NCBI RefSeq assembly: GCF_003918875.1
Contig: NW_025765492.1
Span: forward strand, 744,001-808,000
Direction: 5' to 3'
Source of the DNA: Haliotis rubra
Lineage: Eukaryota
Length of the DNA: 64,000 bases
Part shown: positions 50,698 through 63,189 of the stretch, piece by piece
Numbering within the stretch: the first letter of the stretch is position 1
Layout: each line of letters starts with the position of its first letter
The notes under the pieces: model-generated
Database searches by the model: none
What the model saw: only the letters and a program-made list of their open reading frames with translations
What the model was told of the DNA's origin: nothing
Made by a program: the position numbers and the translations under genes

Positions 50698-53600
50698 ATG
50701 ATGTCAGCTCTAAAGTACACCGTTACCTCGATACTTGTAAGTTAATTAACGTACCATTTGATATGAAAAGTACTGACCAAGTTCAAACCTCATCGTGACA
50801 TGAATAAGGCTAAGTGGTCTTGTAATATGAATTTCACCACGCGCCTCTTGAGATCGCTGTATGGAAACCCCACAAACTGTGATAAAACTGTAATATCGTC
50901 AAACCAGCGTTTAACGAATTCAGTGACTTACTGTAAAACATTTTTGTTCGAATACTTGGTTCACGATGATTGATTCTATGCGATATCATCATTATCCATT
51001 ATCACTCACAGGCTACTCGTTCCAGGAACAATCGGAGTAAAACCTGTATTCTACTATCAATGAGCGTATTTGTCTTCGTATCATAGCAACATGTCTGTAT
51101 ATTCCAGTCCAAGCCCTACGTCATGAAGAAAGATGGCGAGGGCTATGAGGGATTCCTCGTTGATGTACTCGACAAAGTTGCCGAGTTGGTGGGCTTCAAA
51201 TACAACATTCGGCTCTCTAAAGACGGCCAATACGGATCTTACAACAATGGACAGTGGAGTGGCATGATTGGAGAGGTGGTACGAAGGGTATGTATACACA
51301 ATTATAAACGGTGTAGTTCCTGTAATTTGTCTATTTTGTCTGCAATAGACCCTGATTTTACCAGAAACGTTTGGTGGTTATGAAAGGTGTGTGTGTCGCT
51401 TTTATATTCATAAAGTTGCACTTGGTGTTTTTCAAATCCTGGAATCGTTTATGACCGAATTTATCACACACAGCAAATAATAAGCACCTTTTCAATATTT
51501 AAAACAAAAATCAAAAGATATTTAGAATTTCACAGGAAAGGCATATCCAATACAGCATCGGCCTAATGGGAATATCAGTCACTATAGTTGGAAGTCCGAG
51601 ATTTGGTTATCCCAAATATACTGAGTCAAATTAGAAACTTCACAATCATATATCAAATATTACGTAATAGAATGGACACAAGAATGTGGGATAGAGGTTA
51701 TCATTTATTTGTTAAGGTCGATAGGATGAACTGAGAATGATCACAATGCCAAAAATCGGTTCCATGTGGTTACAAAATTTATCAATAAAAGACGTCAACG
51801 AAGTGTCAAGTCGCAAGAAATTAAATCTGATGCTTCAAACGTTCGATAGCGTTTATAGCCACCAAGTGCGTTCACAACTGCCAAGCAACGCCAGGATCCT
51901 GCAAACTCTGAGGTTGTTTCCTGAGAATGCGCAGATGTCTACCAAGAGTATCCCAGATGTGCTCGGTTGGATTGAGATCAGGTGACCTTGACGGCCGATC
52001 AAAAACGTTGACTCTTGCGTTCTGCAGGTAATTCCTGGTCAAGATGGCTGTATGGGGTCTGGCATTGTTATGTTGAAAGTGCAGACCATGACAATGTGCT
52101 GCCACGAATGGTATACGTTTGGGGGCTAGAACCTGGTCGCGGTAACATGCAGCATTAAGGTTCCACGGATAACCAGAAATCGGGAACGGGCAATCCCACA
52201 TAAAGCACGCCAAACGATGACACTTCCGCCCCCAAATCTCTCAACTTCCTGTACACAACACTGAGGATAACGTTCACGGCGTCGCCTCCACACTCACCAT
52301 CAGCGAATCTGAGGTTACATTTTGATTCATCACTGAAGAGAATTCGATTCAAGTCTCTGTGAGTCCATCGGATGTGTCGTTGGGCCCACAGCAAACTCTG
52401 ACGTCGATGTAATGGCGTCAAAATGGTTCCGCGACATGGTCGTCGAACTGGTCGCGCCAGTTTGTTGCAGTCGAGGCTGTAAAAAAAACCCAGTCCGACG
52501 ACTGCATCCCATTGTCCTTGCAACGTCAATTTCTGACGTCCCCGCTCCCAGCATGCCAACGGCATGCTCACGCTGCACATTTGAGAGACGCGGCATAAGA
52601 ATTGGCTGTTCTGAATAGTGCTTTAAAGTGTTTTTCCACTTTGTATTATTATACAGTTGATGGGAACATGTGCGATCAAATGCACGTGCCATGATAAGAT
52701 AACGTAATCAGTGGCACGTGAAAAACACGTTTTAGCACTATTGTGGGGTGCACGATATTTAGATTGATTCAAAAGTGCTCTGGTGAGTTGTTTCGTGAAT
52801 CGATACTTGGGGAATAATATTATAAAACCCGAACACTGTCTACTATAGTATAACAATTGATATTTCTTTTTACATATATGATTTGACTCAGTATATTCAT
52901 TGTCGCACGACGCAAAATATTAACCACTCTACGTTCATGTTTACCAAATGTATCTGCAAACAAATCCATATTAGGAGATGAGGATATTTTAACGTTTCCT
53001 TGACCAGGAGGCAAGCATAGGTCTGGGAGACGTCATCATTACCAGAGAAAGGGAACGGGTTGTGGACTTTTCCAAGCCATACCTAAGTCAGACTCTACGT
53101 CTTCTGGTGAATAAGCCTAGGAGGTATGACCCTGGTCTTAGTTTTTTGCTGGAACCATTCTCGGTGGAGCTTTGGTTGTCTATCCTGTTTGCGCTTCTCC
53201 TCGTGGCAATCCTGTTCGTCCTCATCGGTCGGTTCAACCCGTTTGAATGGAGACAGGTGGCATCGGACAAAGACCCCAGAGGTGCAAGACACAGCTTTGG
53301 TCTGAGAGAGAGTTTCATGTTTGTGCTCAGCACTATCACACTGCAAGGTAAAACTGTGAACCAGTTCAAGAAATGCACCTCACATTCCAAACGTTTCTCT
53401 TACAATCCATATTCCAATATGGATACGTTTGACAAAATATATTCCAAATTAATTTGAAACCTTGTTGGGAAACATTTAAACTGTATTCATATGATAAAAC
53501 GTGGACATGGTAAGTGTCGATGACACTAGCATACGTTTAACATGTAGTGATATTAATACTACCAAATCTTTGCTTCTGGACGTAACACGTTATATATGGG

Positions 53601-54424
53601 ATTACACTTTCTCAGTAAGTCAAGTACAGATTCTGGTACTTTTTCGAACATACCATATGACCACTTTCTAAATAACATAGTGTTTTCATGTTTCTGAACG
53701 TTCATGACGTGTTGCAGGTTACCGAGAAACGCCCCGGTCTCTGGCAGGACGGGTATTGGCCGTGTCTTGGTTCATTTTCATCTTCTTCACCGTGGTGGCC
53801 TACATAGGAGCAGCTGTGACCTTCATGTCGGCCGGAGTAAGGATGCAACCACTGCCTTTTGAAGGTCTTGAGGACATAGTTGATGGTGGTGAAATCCAGA
53901 TTGGAATGGTGCGCCATGGAAGTGCGTTTCAGAAATTCAAGACGAGCAAAATAGACATGTACCAGCGTGTGGCTGACTATGTTGAGATGCAGAACTCGTT
54001 TGTCAACAACACTGCAGAAGGAATTGAAAGAGTAAGACGTAGTCATGGAAACTTTGTAATGATTATGGAGTCGTTGACAGCTGAATACCATGCCGAGCGA
54101 CCACCATGTAGTGTTATGGTGTATGGAAAAAGTTATTTCAGTCAGGCCTTGGCTCTTTTCACAAATCAAGGGTCCGGTCTCAAGCAGAAAATCGATGATG
54201 CATTGCTCAAATTGAGAGAGGATGGAACAATACACATGCTGCAGCGGAAATGGTGGAAAGCGGGGTTCTGTGGGCCTGCTGTGTACAAAAAACAACCAAC
54301 CACCAGGGCTGTACAAGTTTCGATTCGGAGACTTGCAGCACCGTTCCTACTCCTGCTGGTGGGTGCCATTCTGGCTGTTGTAGTCCTGTTGGGCGAGATC
54401 GTCTTCAGAAAACACAGGCAGTAG
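50698..54424 (+). CDS. Minimal iGluR/IR-like receptor copy 4, ~421 aa; exons 50698-50736, 51108-51287, 53008-53347, 53718-54424
   Basis: Intact frame and the same splice structure as copy 1. Confidence 0.92.
51619..52893 (-). mobile_element. Decayed Tc1/mariner transposon in an intron of copy 4
   Basis: TIR TACTGAGTCAAAT...ATTTGACTCAGTA with TA flanks; MPRLSNVQREHAVGML, ILFSDESK, QHNNARPH, SRSPDLNPTEHIW. Confidence 0.9.
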
Positions 54425-56793
54425 AAGGCCATACTGGTTTCATGCATGAGGTGCCTGCTGAGGTCCTGTTGGGCGAGATCGTCTTCAGGTAACTTATGCA
54501 GCACACGGCCAATCTGGTTTCATGCATGAGGTGAATGCTGTTTACCTGTTGGGCGAGACTGTTTTCTGGAGACTCGTCTGTGGAGTGTCATGTCTGTTTG
54601 TAAAGATACCTGCATTCATGCATGACCTCCTTTGCATTTCCCTTCACTTTGCGTAGCCATCGTAACTACATCGTAGTAAGGAGTTGTGTTGACAGTGGAA
54701 ATTTTCAGACTGTTATCGTAGATGTATTCATATTTAGATACCTGCACACCCCATATAGACATTTACCTTGACTAACGTGTGCTTCACGATACCAGCCCGG
54801 TGGTTAATTAGCTGTGTATTCAGGTTTACTGTCATGATCTTGTGGAACACATAAATCAATGAAGCAGTGTTCAGTTAGAAGGTGACTGCATGTTTTTCTA
54901 ACATTTACATTTTATACCTTTGAGTCGGATGCATATTTCAGCCGATGGCCAGGTAGTCTCAAGTGCCAAATTCCATTCCTTAGCGGAACCCTGTGACTTT
55001 TGGCCCGCATCTCAGGATTGCCACTTATCTAATCACTTTTGTAAGTCGAAGCAGGATGATGTTGGGTTCGAATCTAAGGTTACTCTTATCCTTGGTAAGT
55101 CGGAACCATACCTAAAGTTGGAAGCATCCAAGTCTTCATCGGGCTGTCTGTATGATTGTGTTGACACTTTATGTAGACTTCTTATATACCAATTACAAAC
55201 ACTTTCAGTGTACAGATGCCTAAATCAACCTCTCTCATTATTGTATTGGTATTGTATTGGCTTATGTAAAAAGGAATATATTATGAAAACAATCACAGTC
55301 CTGGTTTTCATTTAAACACGCATGGGCACCAACAATTGCAAGTTCATAATCTCCTCAACGAAGGGACTGTTTTACGCGAGTTGGATAAATACACTGATTC
55401 ATTAAACTGCTGGTTTAATTTCACCAAACACAAAACGTACACACAAATAAGTCTTTTACGGTTGCGACATCCATATCTTTAACATCATCTCTCAGGTGAG
55501 GTGAGGTGAAATTGGGTTTAACGTCGTGCTTGAGAATATTTCCCTCATATGACGACGTGCATGCATGTGTATGTGTATGTGCGGCTGCTTGTACTAGCCC
55601 AGACTGAAGCTGGTTTATAGTGCTAGCTCACTGAGATACCATGCCGCAGTGAAGCATGAATACCCCACTCAGACACATTATACTGACTCCGAGTCGACCA
55701 GTCCTTGTTGTACCCATTAATGCCGAGCGCCAGGCAGGGACCAACAAGTACCATATTTTAACGTCTTTTGGTATGACGCGGTCGGGGATCGAACCCGCGA
55801 CCTTCCGCTCTCCGGGCGGACGCTCTAACCACTACACCACGGAGGCGGTTCACCTCTCAGGTGGTAGGTGGAAACACTACAGACAACACTAAACTACTAA
55901 CAGTCTAGCTAACTACCTATCTAATGACTCCGTGTATGTATGTGAGCTTTGGCAACAAAGGGAAGGACCGGCTAATATTTGGTTGTGTGTGTGTGTGCGT
56001 GCGTGCTTGCGTAGTCCCACAAAATGTGAGAAAAGCATACTGTATTTCAGAAATAAGTTTGAATGTATTTAGATACATTTCTACTAGACCTTTAGGTTCT
56101 TGACTAAACTGGGGATCAGGTGAAGACAGGATTGTTTATGTGGGTTTACCAAGCTGTAGTTCGTGAATGGTACCCTTTAAAACAGCTCCCTCTCATCCTG
56201 ACAACATGCTGTTGTATTTGCCTCATGGGTCAAAGTCAAGTCAAAGATGTTTATTGTATTTCCGCCCATATACATGGGTCATATACATATGGTGCAATAA
56301 GTAGTAATAAGTTCCAGACAGCAAATCATTATGCAGGCAGTAAATTATGTACAAGTAGTGAAATACGATGCAATTTTATCAGATTGTTACGTGTAATAAG
56401 CGCATAATTGATATAGTACGAGAGAGAGATGAAAGAGTAGTAGAGGGAAAGATAGAGAGGGGGCAACACCAGAAATGGGCTTCACACATATTGTCCATGT
56501 GGCGAATGGGACCCGGGATTAGCAAACGCTACCTTATCGTCCACCATTGGTCATTCCATTAACCCATTAAACAGATGAACTGACACAGAAAAGACTACTA
56601 TTTGTAATAATATTTATTTTCCACAATACTATATTGGTTATGTAAAGATAAAATCATGCAAAAATATAACAAAGCACTTTGTAAGGGATAAAATAAACCT
56701 GTCGAGCAGCTAACAAAATACAAAATATATACTGGAACAACTATGGTTCCCTATTCAAGAAGTTGAATCGTTTTATGAGTAAAACATTGAATT

Positions 56794-58820
56794 CAGGGTT
56801 CCCACGGGCATGGCAGGCCAAAATTCCCTGACTTTTCCCTGACCTTTCCCTGACAAGTATAGATTTTTCCCTGACCATTTAAGTGTTAAATACTGGCCTT
56901 CTTCCTCCCTTTCAGTCAGTCCTAACCACCCTGTTAAGATATTTCCTTCACACATATCATAAATACACACAATATTTGTTAATTTATTACATTAACCAAA
57001 ACATTGATATTTGTGATGAAGAAAATTTTCCTTGACTGTCCTGCCACAATGTTACATAATACTATTAGATACATTTGACCGTGACCATCAAATATATATT
57101 CTCAGGTGAAGTCAGTAATATATCATCTGAAAACTTTGTATTTTATATTAAAGGCTTTTGACAAAGACCATAAATGTGAAACTAATGATTTAATTGAATT
57201 GTTTCATTCAAAGTCAGGAACACATTTCTTTATTATCACAAAATGTTGTAATTATCAAAGGCGTATTTGGAAAGAATAAACATGCAAGATATAACTTTAC
57301 ATTCAACTGTACTGTACAACCATGACAACTAGATTATGAACATCATGAAACCACTTTCAATTTTGTGAATAAACAGCAAATGTCAGAACATAGGGCATAT
57401 TATAAACTTATGCTGTACTTTAACAATGAAACATATATGGTATTTTTGGCCAATATGGGCTTTCACAATTTGCTAGAAACCACCATAGCCATCATACTAT
57501 TTATAATATTTTGGAACAGTATACAAATGAATGAAAATTATCTGTTAACATAGTTATCTTTAGAAGAGGTGGATCTGTTGCCTATAAAGAAAAATGTTTT
57601 TGAAAGGCAAACAATTATCTATTGTTAATCACTATCTCGGATTAGTGTTTTTCCATACTAAACAACAGTGTTCATGAATAGCGTCTGACCCTCTGACAAA
57701 TCTGGCAGATTCGCCAACGGTCAGACAGAAGTCTACAACCCGCCGGCCCCAGTGTCTGACTGTATATTTCAAAATGACTTTGACTGAAGTTGTTTTATGT
57801 GACATGTGACACTTGTTTGTTGTTTACAAATCTTATGTTTGTTAATAATTTCAATGTCAATTATAAGAAATATTAAATCTGAAATATGTGTTTAATTTTA
57901 TTCCATGGGTCCTGTGCATTTTCAATGGATCAGACAGACATCTGAAACTTACAGGACCCAATGTCCTGTGACTTTGAAACACCATTCGTGAACACTGAAA
58001 CAAGAGTCATCAGAAGATGACAAATCCCCCAGCCGATACAAATATGAAAGAGCAAATCATCTGACAGTTACTTAAAGTTGAACTTCATTTTTTTAGACAA
58101 ATTCCAATATGTTTCCATGGAAACCAAGAAAAAAAGATATGACAAAAATCTGTAAATAGCAAAAGGCACCACTTTAGGTTCTGTTTGATATATCTGTCTA
58201 GTTTTGTTGAAAACATTGAACCGTTTTCAAGTTATGCTCCGGAAACAAAATGATTTCGGATGGACGGACAGACAGACAGACGGGCAAGGCGTCGACTATA
58301 TATGTCGTAAAATATGTTTCATATTGTTTGATTTACAAATCCAACCGATTGTGCTTCATAGAAGAATATGTCTGTTATGTCACCCGGCTGTAGAAGATGA
58401 AATTCACATTATGCTGATTTAAGAAAACCATACATGCCAAATAATTATCTGTAAAAATATCCTTCAAGTGACTTCGCTTCCATTCTATCCTCCAGAAATG
58501 AAAATGTAATATGTAATCTAGGGCTTTATGTAAAACATGTTGTTATGCTTAAAAGCAATCTCTTATCTGAACTGTAATTTATTTCATGAAATGTCTGTAA
58601 CATGTGCTGCTTCTTTGACTTTGACTACTACCATACCTGATTAGCGACATTCTGAGTCTTATTTTTCCCTGACGAAAACCCTAAATTTCCCTGAGTTAAA
58701 TCCCAAATTCCCTGACTATTCCCTGACTTTTGAAAACATATAAAAATTCCCTGACTTTTCCCTGACTTTCAGAGAAATGCCAAATTTCCCTGACTTTTTC
58801 CCTGACCTGTGGGAGCCCTG
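56794..58820. mobile_element. Non-autonomous hAT-like element with nested TIR element 57666-57997
   Basis: TIR CAGGG[T/C]TCCCAC, ttccctgac subterminal repeats at both ends, 5-bp TSD GAATT. Inner element CAGTGTTCA[T/C]GAAT is flanked by AAACAA. Confidence 0.8.
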
Positions 58821-59610
58821 GAATTGTTTATTAAAAACACAAGGACTTTCATGGCTTATTACACTCACATTTGGAGTCATCGTGTTTGTTTTTTCCACAG
58901 GACGTTACAAACAGTAAAATTGTGATTTAAAACTTTCCATGGAAACACATCAAGGATTAAAGTCTGCATCAATGTATAAAATCTTAAAGGTTTCATTTGA
59001 TCTGATATTTACATTAGTTCATGGTCAGTGCTCTTCAAACCAAAAAGAATATTATTAATTGTGACAAAACATACAGTTGGAAGTAAAAGGGTTAAAACAT
59101 GGCCATGATTCATACATACAGAAAGGTTATAGGTAATTCTATTTAATTATGTGATACATATTCTGACACCAGCTACATCTCCCCCCTTCCCTCTGTGGTA
59201 TAACAAGGGCTCTCTATATTGTATACCGGCTGTCAGTATACCGTAGATGTCAAATAAGAATAAGGGGATATATGGCCATCTAATCCTCTATAAATGTATA
59301 TAAACATATAAATACTTAAGATACTGGAATATACCTCATAAAAGATGTATTGGGTAAGTCTTAAAAATGGGATACATTATATATTGCTGGTAAAGACAAG
59401 TGTATGAGTGATATAGGTCTTAAAAACTGGACATATAATCCCAGTATTGATAATGATAAAATTTGTCACAAGCATCACAGTGAGCTAAATACATGTGACT
59501 AGTCAACTGATAAGAGGTAAAAGAACAATGTATAGCATTCATTAAAACTGATAACCTTGCAAGTATAACTACTAACAATTGCACACAATTGGCAGAAGTC
59601 TTTGGACAAA

Positions 59611-59712
59611 TCATCTGGTTAGTCTTTAGACTCGCCATCAGGCTCGTCATCTGATTAGTCTTTAGACTCGCCATCAGGCTCGTCATCTGATTAGTCTTTA
59701 GTCATCTGGTCA
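59611..59712. repeat. 36-bp tandem repeat, about 2.5 copies, just downstream of the minus-strand stop codon
   Basis: tcatctgattagtctttagactcgccatcaggctcg repeated. Confidence 0.85.
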
Positions 59713-59752
59713 GGCGTCCAGCTACTAATCAGGCTTCTGTTCCATGTTGGCT

Positions 59753-62700
59753 TCAAATACTGTAATATGAAAACAAGAGAATGTTACAATGTCTGAAAAC
59801 TGGCTGAGGTTGTTGACAGTAGTCTATCAAACAATTGCAATATGACTTGGTAGACTGATACCATCATGTATCATTCTTAATGTAATGAATTATCATGTAC
59901 TATCATTACTGTGATCAGTCTCCATGTAATCTGGTATATTCGGTGATCCAGCCAAAAGTCATAGCTTTCTTGAAGACCTTGGGGAAGCAACTCTGTATAG
60001 CAAATTGTGCCACCCTTGCAAAAAAAAGTCCTGACTCTTACCTCAGTGCCTGCAGTTGTTCTTCAAGTTCATCTTTCTTCGAAATCTTTACCTCCTGCAA
60101 GTCAATAAAATTAAGATTTGTTTACACTCTACTGGAATAAAATAACATGATTTGTGGTGTTTTCCATAATCACTGTTTAACGATTGAAAGGATAATATCG
60201 AAATCTGTATGATTTGAGACTAGGCATCGTGACACACCCTTGAAGAGATGTGTGGAAGTCAGTTCACAAATTCATTATTGTGTGTGTCCACCATTGGCGT
60301 TGATGCAGACTCGGCAACGACGATGCATAGACGACACTAAGCGATAGAAGAAAAGTTGGGGAATGTTGTTTAGGGCTGCAACGTTCGATTCATCGAAAAT
60401 CGAATCTGACACTATCACTTTTTGATTCGATATTTGAATATGTATTTAAATTATTTTCAAAAAGCGTGAACAAATTTTTTAAGTCAAACTCAAGCAGGTT
60501 CGAGCACTGAAATAAGGCGAAACATGATTGGATGACGCCGGGCTAATTATCCAATGAGAATTGTTGCTAATAGACATTGCCAAGTTGACAATGGATTTCA
60601 CACGGAAAAAGCAGACCCTGAAAGTTAAATGCAATCTGACGTTTTTACTTGTGTGAAGAATCGAATCGAAAATGATAGATTCAAGGGTCCAATATCGAAA
60701 ATCGAATAGAATCGAGGTCTGGGTGAATCGTTGCAGCCCTAATGTTGTTCCATGTCTGAACGCTTGTCCCAATTCAGATAACATCAATGGCTGATTCTGG
60801 GCTTGATGTAAACGTCGCTCCATTTCATCACAAGCATGATCGCTAGGAGACAGGTCAACAACTGGCCAGGGAAGTACCAGAATGTTCTGCTGTCTCAGGA
60901 AATCTGTCACAACATGAGCAACATGTGGACAGGCATTATCATCCTGAAGCGTTACATCTCTGTCCTTGAATTAACGGCTGCATATGAGGCCCAATGATGT
61001 CATCCCTGTATCTCAGACCAGTCAGATTGTCATTGACAATGACAAGTTGTGTCCGACCATGAGATGGGATGCCTCCCCATACCGTAACGCCCACGCCACT
61101 AAACTGTCCACGTCCACTGGTCAGTGAACAAAACACAATCTCAATCTTGTCTCCTGTACTGTAGATGCTGTCTTCACCATGCAAGACATGCCTGTCAGTG
61201 ATGTTGGAGCAAAACTGGACATATTGCAGGCCATCGGGGCCAGATGTTGTGCTCCCTGTCGGCTCGGTACAGTCCTGGAATTGACTGGACATAAGCCAGG
61301 AATAGTCCAAGTACTACTTCAAGTAGTCAAAGTGGCAGTCTGGAATTGATTCCTTAGATAGGTCAGCTGAATGTGGTTGTCTTGCTGAAGTGACGTGACG
61401 TCACGACGCGGACGACCAGTCCAAGGCAAATCTGGTCCCATTATGTTGAAAACGCAAATCTCTTGTGTTCCCATTATGTTGAAAATGTTTATTCATTGTC
61501 TCCATAGAGATGAGATCGTGTTGGGAATTGGTTAAAATTTAACTGATGGACAACCAAATATGTTAGCTGGCCATGTAGTTCTTCAAAATTTTCTTCAAAG
61601 GATGATTATGATTTTCTTGGATCTTTAAGATAAATTCAATGTTTATTCATGAAATGTAACAGAGGAAAAATATTCAAGTGTTCCAGATCCTTAGCCCAGG
61701 TCAGTGCTGATCATACTGTTCCAACAGTCTTTCAGTTACCAGTATCACAACAGTCAGCTTTAAGTGCTGAGACATAAAAGCAATAACTTCCTCGGTGAAA
61801 CCAATGAACAAAGGTCATAAACTCGGACTAAGGATCATGATTGGTTCAACTCAGCACACATAATATTACCTCCTCTGTACTGAGAGTCTGGCCAGACTGC
61901 ATCTTCATTTCCAGGGCTTCTATCTGGCGAATCTTTTTCATTAACTGTTTCTTCTTCTTAGCACCTTCGATTCCGTGCTGCAAGTTAAAGCAGGACATGT
62001 CACAAAAATCTCCATTACTTTACAATGTTGGTGTGCCAATCCAAAAATACAGTGTTGCTTCTCTGTGCAGGCAAAATATACCATATGGTAATTGTTTTAT
62101 TCGGTAGGAGAATGGACAACATAACTTTGTAATAAGTATCAGAGAACGTATCACTGGAATACTGAAAACTGATGAACTGTGATATAAACCATCAATCATT
62201 TGTGGGATGGCTAAGGGAGACAACTCTGCTCTACAAATTTCAGCACTTCAGACAACCATGTCATCCAAGCCCCCTTGTTGTGTAGGGAAGGTTTGGGTCC
62301 AAACGTGTGATGCTGAAGGCTGAATGACAGCGTCACCATGACAACTATCAGTGGGATGCTGAAGGCTGAATGACACCGTCACCATGACAACTATCAGTGG
62401 GATGCTGACGACCGCATGAGACCATCACCATGATAACAAGAAGACAAAGTCATCAATATCCCCTGCAATGGCAAAATACTCTTCATGATTATGTCTACGA
62501 GTTATGATTATGTCAAATATTTAGGTGTGTATATAGAAAAGTGGAAGGAGAGTATTGAAAAGTTTTTAAAGTTCTGCTCCAGAAAGGAGCACTATCACCA
62601 ATTTCAGTCTGTCAAACTTGTTGCCATGGAAATGTCAAAAATATTTTATTCAGAAATCCAAAACTACCAAAAGGCACCAGTACACCACCAGACCTATCTA

Positions 62701-63189
62701 TGTGCCAAGTTTGCTGAAGAAATATTGAACGGTTTTAGAGTTCTGCTCCGGAAAAGACAAATGTGCACGCATGGACGGACGGACGACGCGCACACGGAGT
62801 CCATTTTAATACCCCCTGCAAAACGCATTGTTATCCCCCCCTAACTTACAGTATCAACTGGTGTATCAGTCCCAGATCCAGAGCTGCTGCCAGCAGAATC
62901 TACAAATATATCCAAATATCAGTCTAAACATGTAATCAAGGGTGTGCTCCTATCGTACCTCCACAAAAAAGATGTTTTAATAATTTACAGCCAAAACAAC
63001 AGTAATTTAAGAACTTTATGAAGCATGTAACGATTTTACTATTATCAACAGAAAATTGTTTCTTTATTTAACTAGGCATCCAACTGTTGAGTAAATGGTA
63101 ACAGTACACACCAAACCAGTCTTTGGCAGGTATCTTCACATTGCCATTGTGAGCAGGAACTCTCGGCACAACAAAGACGGGATCAGCAC
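59753..63189 (-). CDS. 3' end of an unidentified gene; exons 63189-63112, 62899-62850, 61977-61870, 60094-60042, 59759-59753; C-terminal coiled-coil motif of the PYM/eIF2A-tail type
   Basis: Five GT-AG exons splice in frame to ...ADPVFVVPRVPAHNGNVKIPAKDWFDSAGSSSGSGTDTPVDTHGIEGAKKKKQLMKKIRQIEALEMKMQSGQTLSTEEEVKISKKDELEEQLQALSI-stop. Confidence 0.8.
60200..61450 (-). mobile_element. Decayed Tc1 element interrupted by a hAT MITE (60371-60741)
   Basis: GVTVWGGI, QDDNACPH, LPWP..DLSP remnants. MITE TIR TAGGGCTGCAACG with 8-bp TSD ATGTTGTT. Confidence 0.85.
62435..62840 (+). repeat. AACAAGA-initiated dispersed repeat with ggac microsatellite; related copy ~58000-58310
   Basis: Both copies share ccatggaaa...aaaaggcacca...gctccggaaa...ggacggac; family not assigned. 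Confidence 0.55.
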
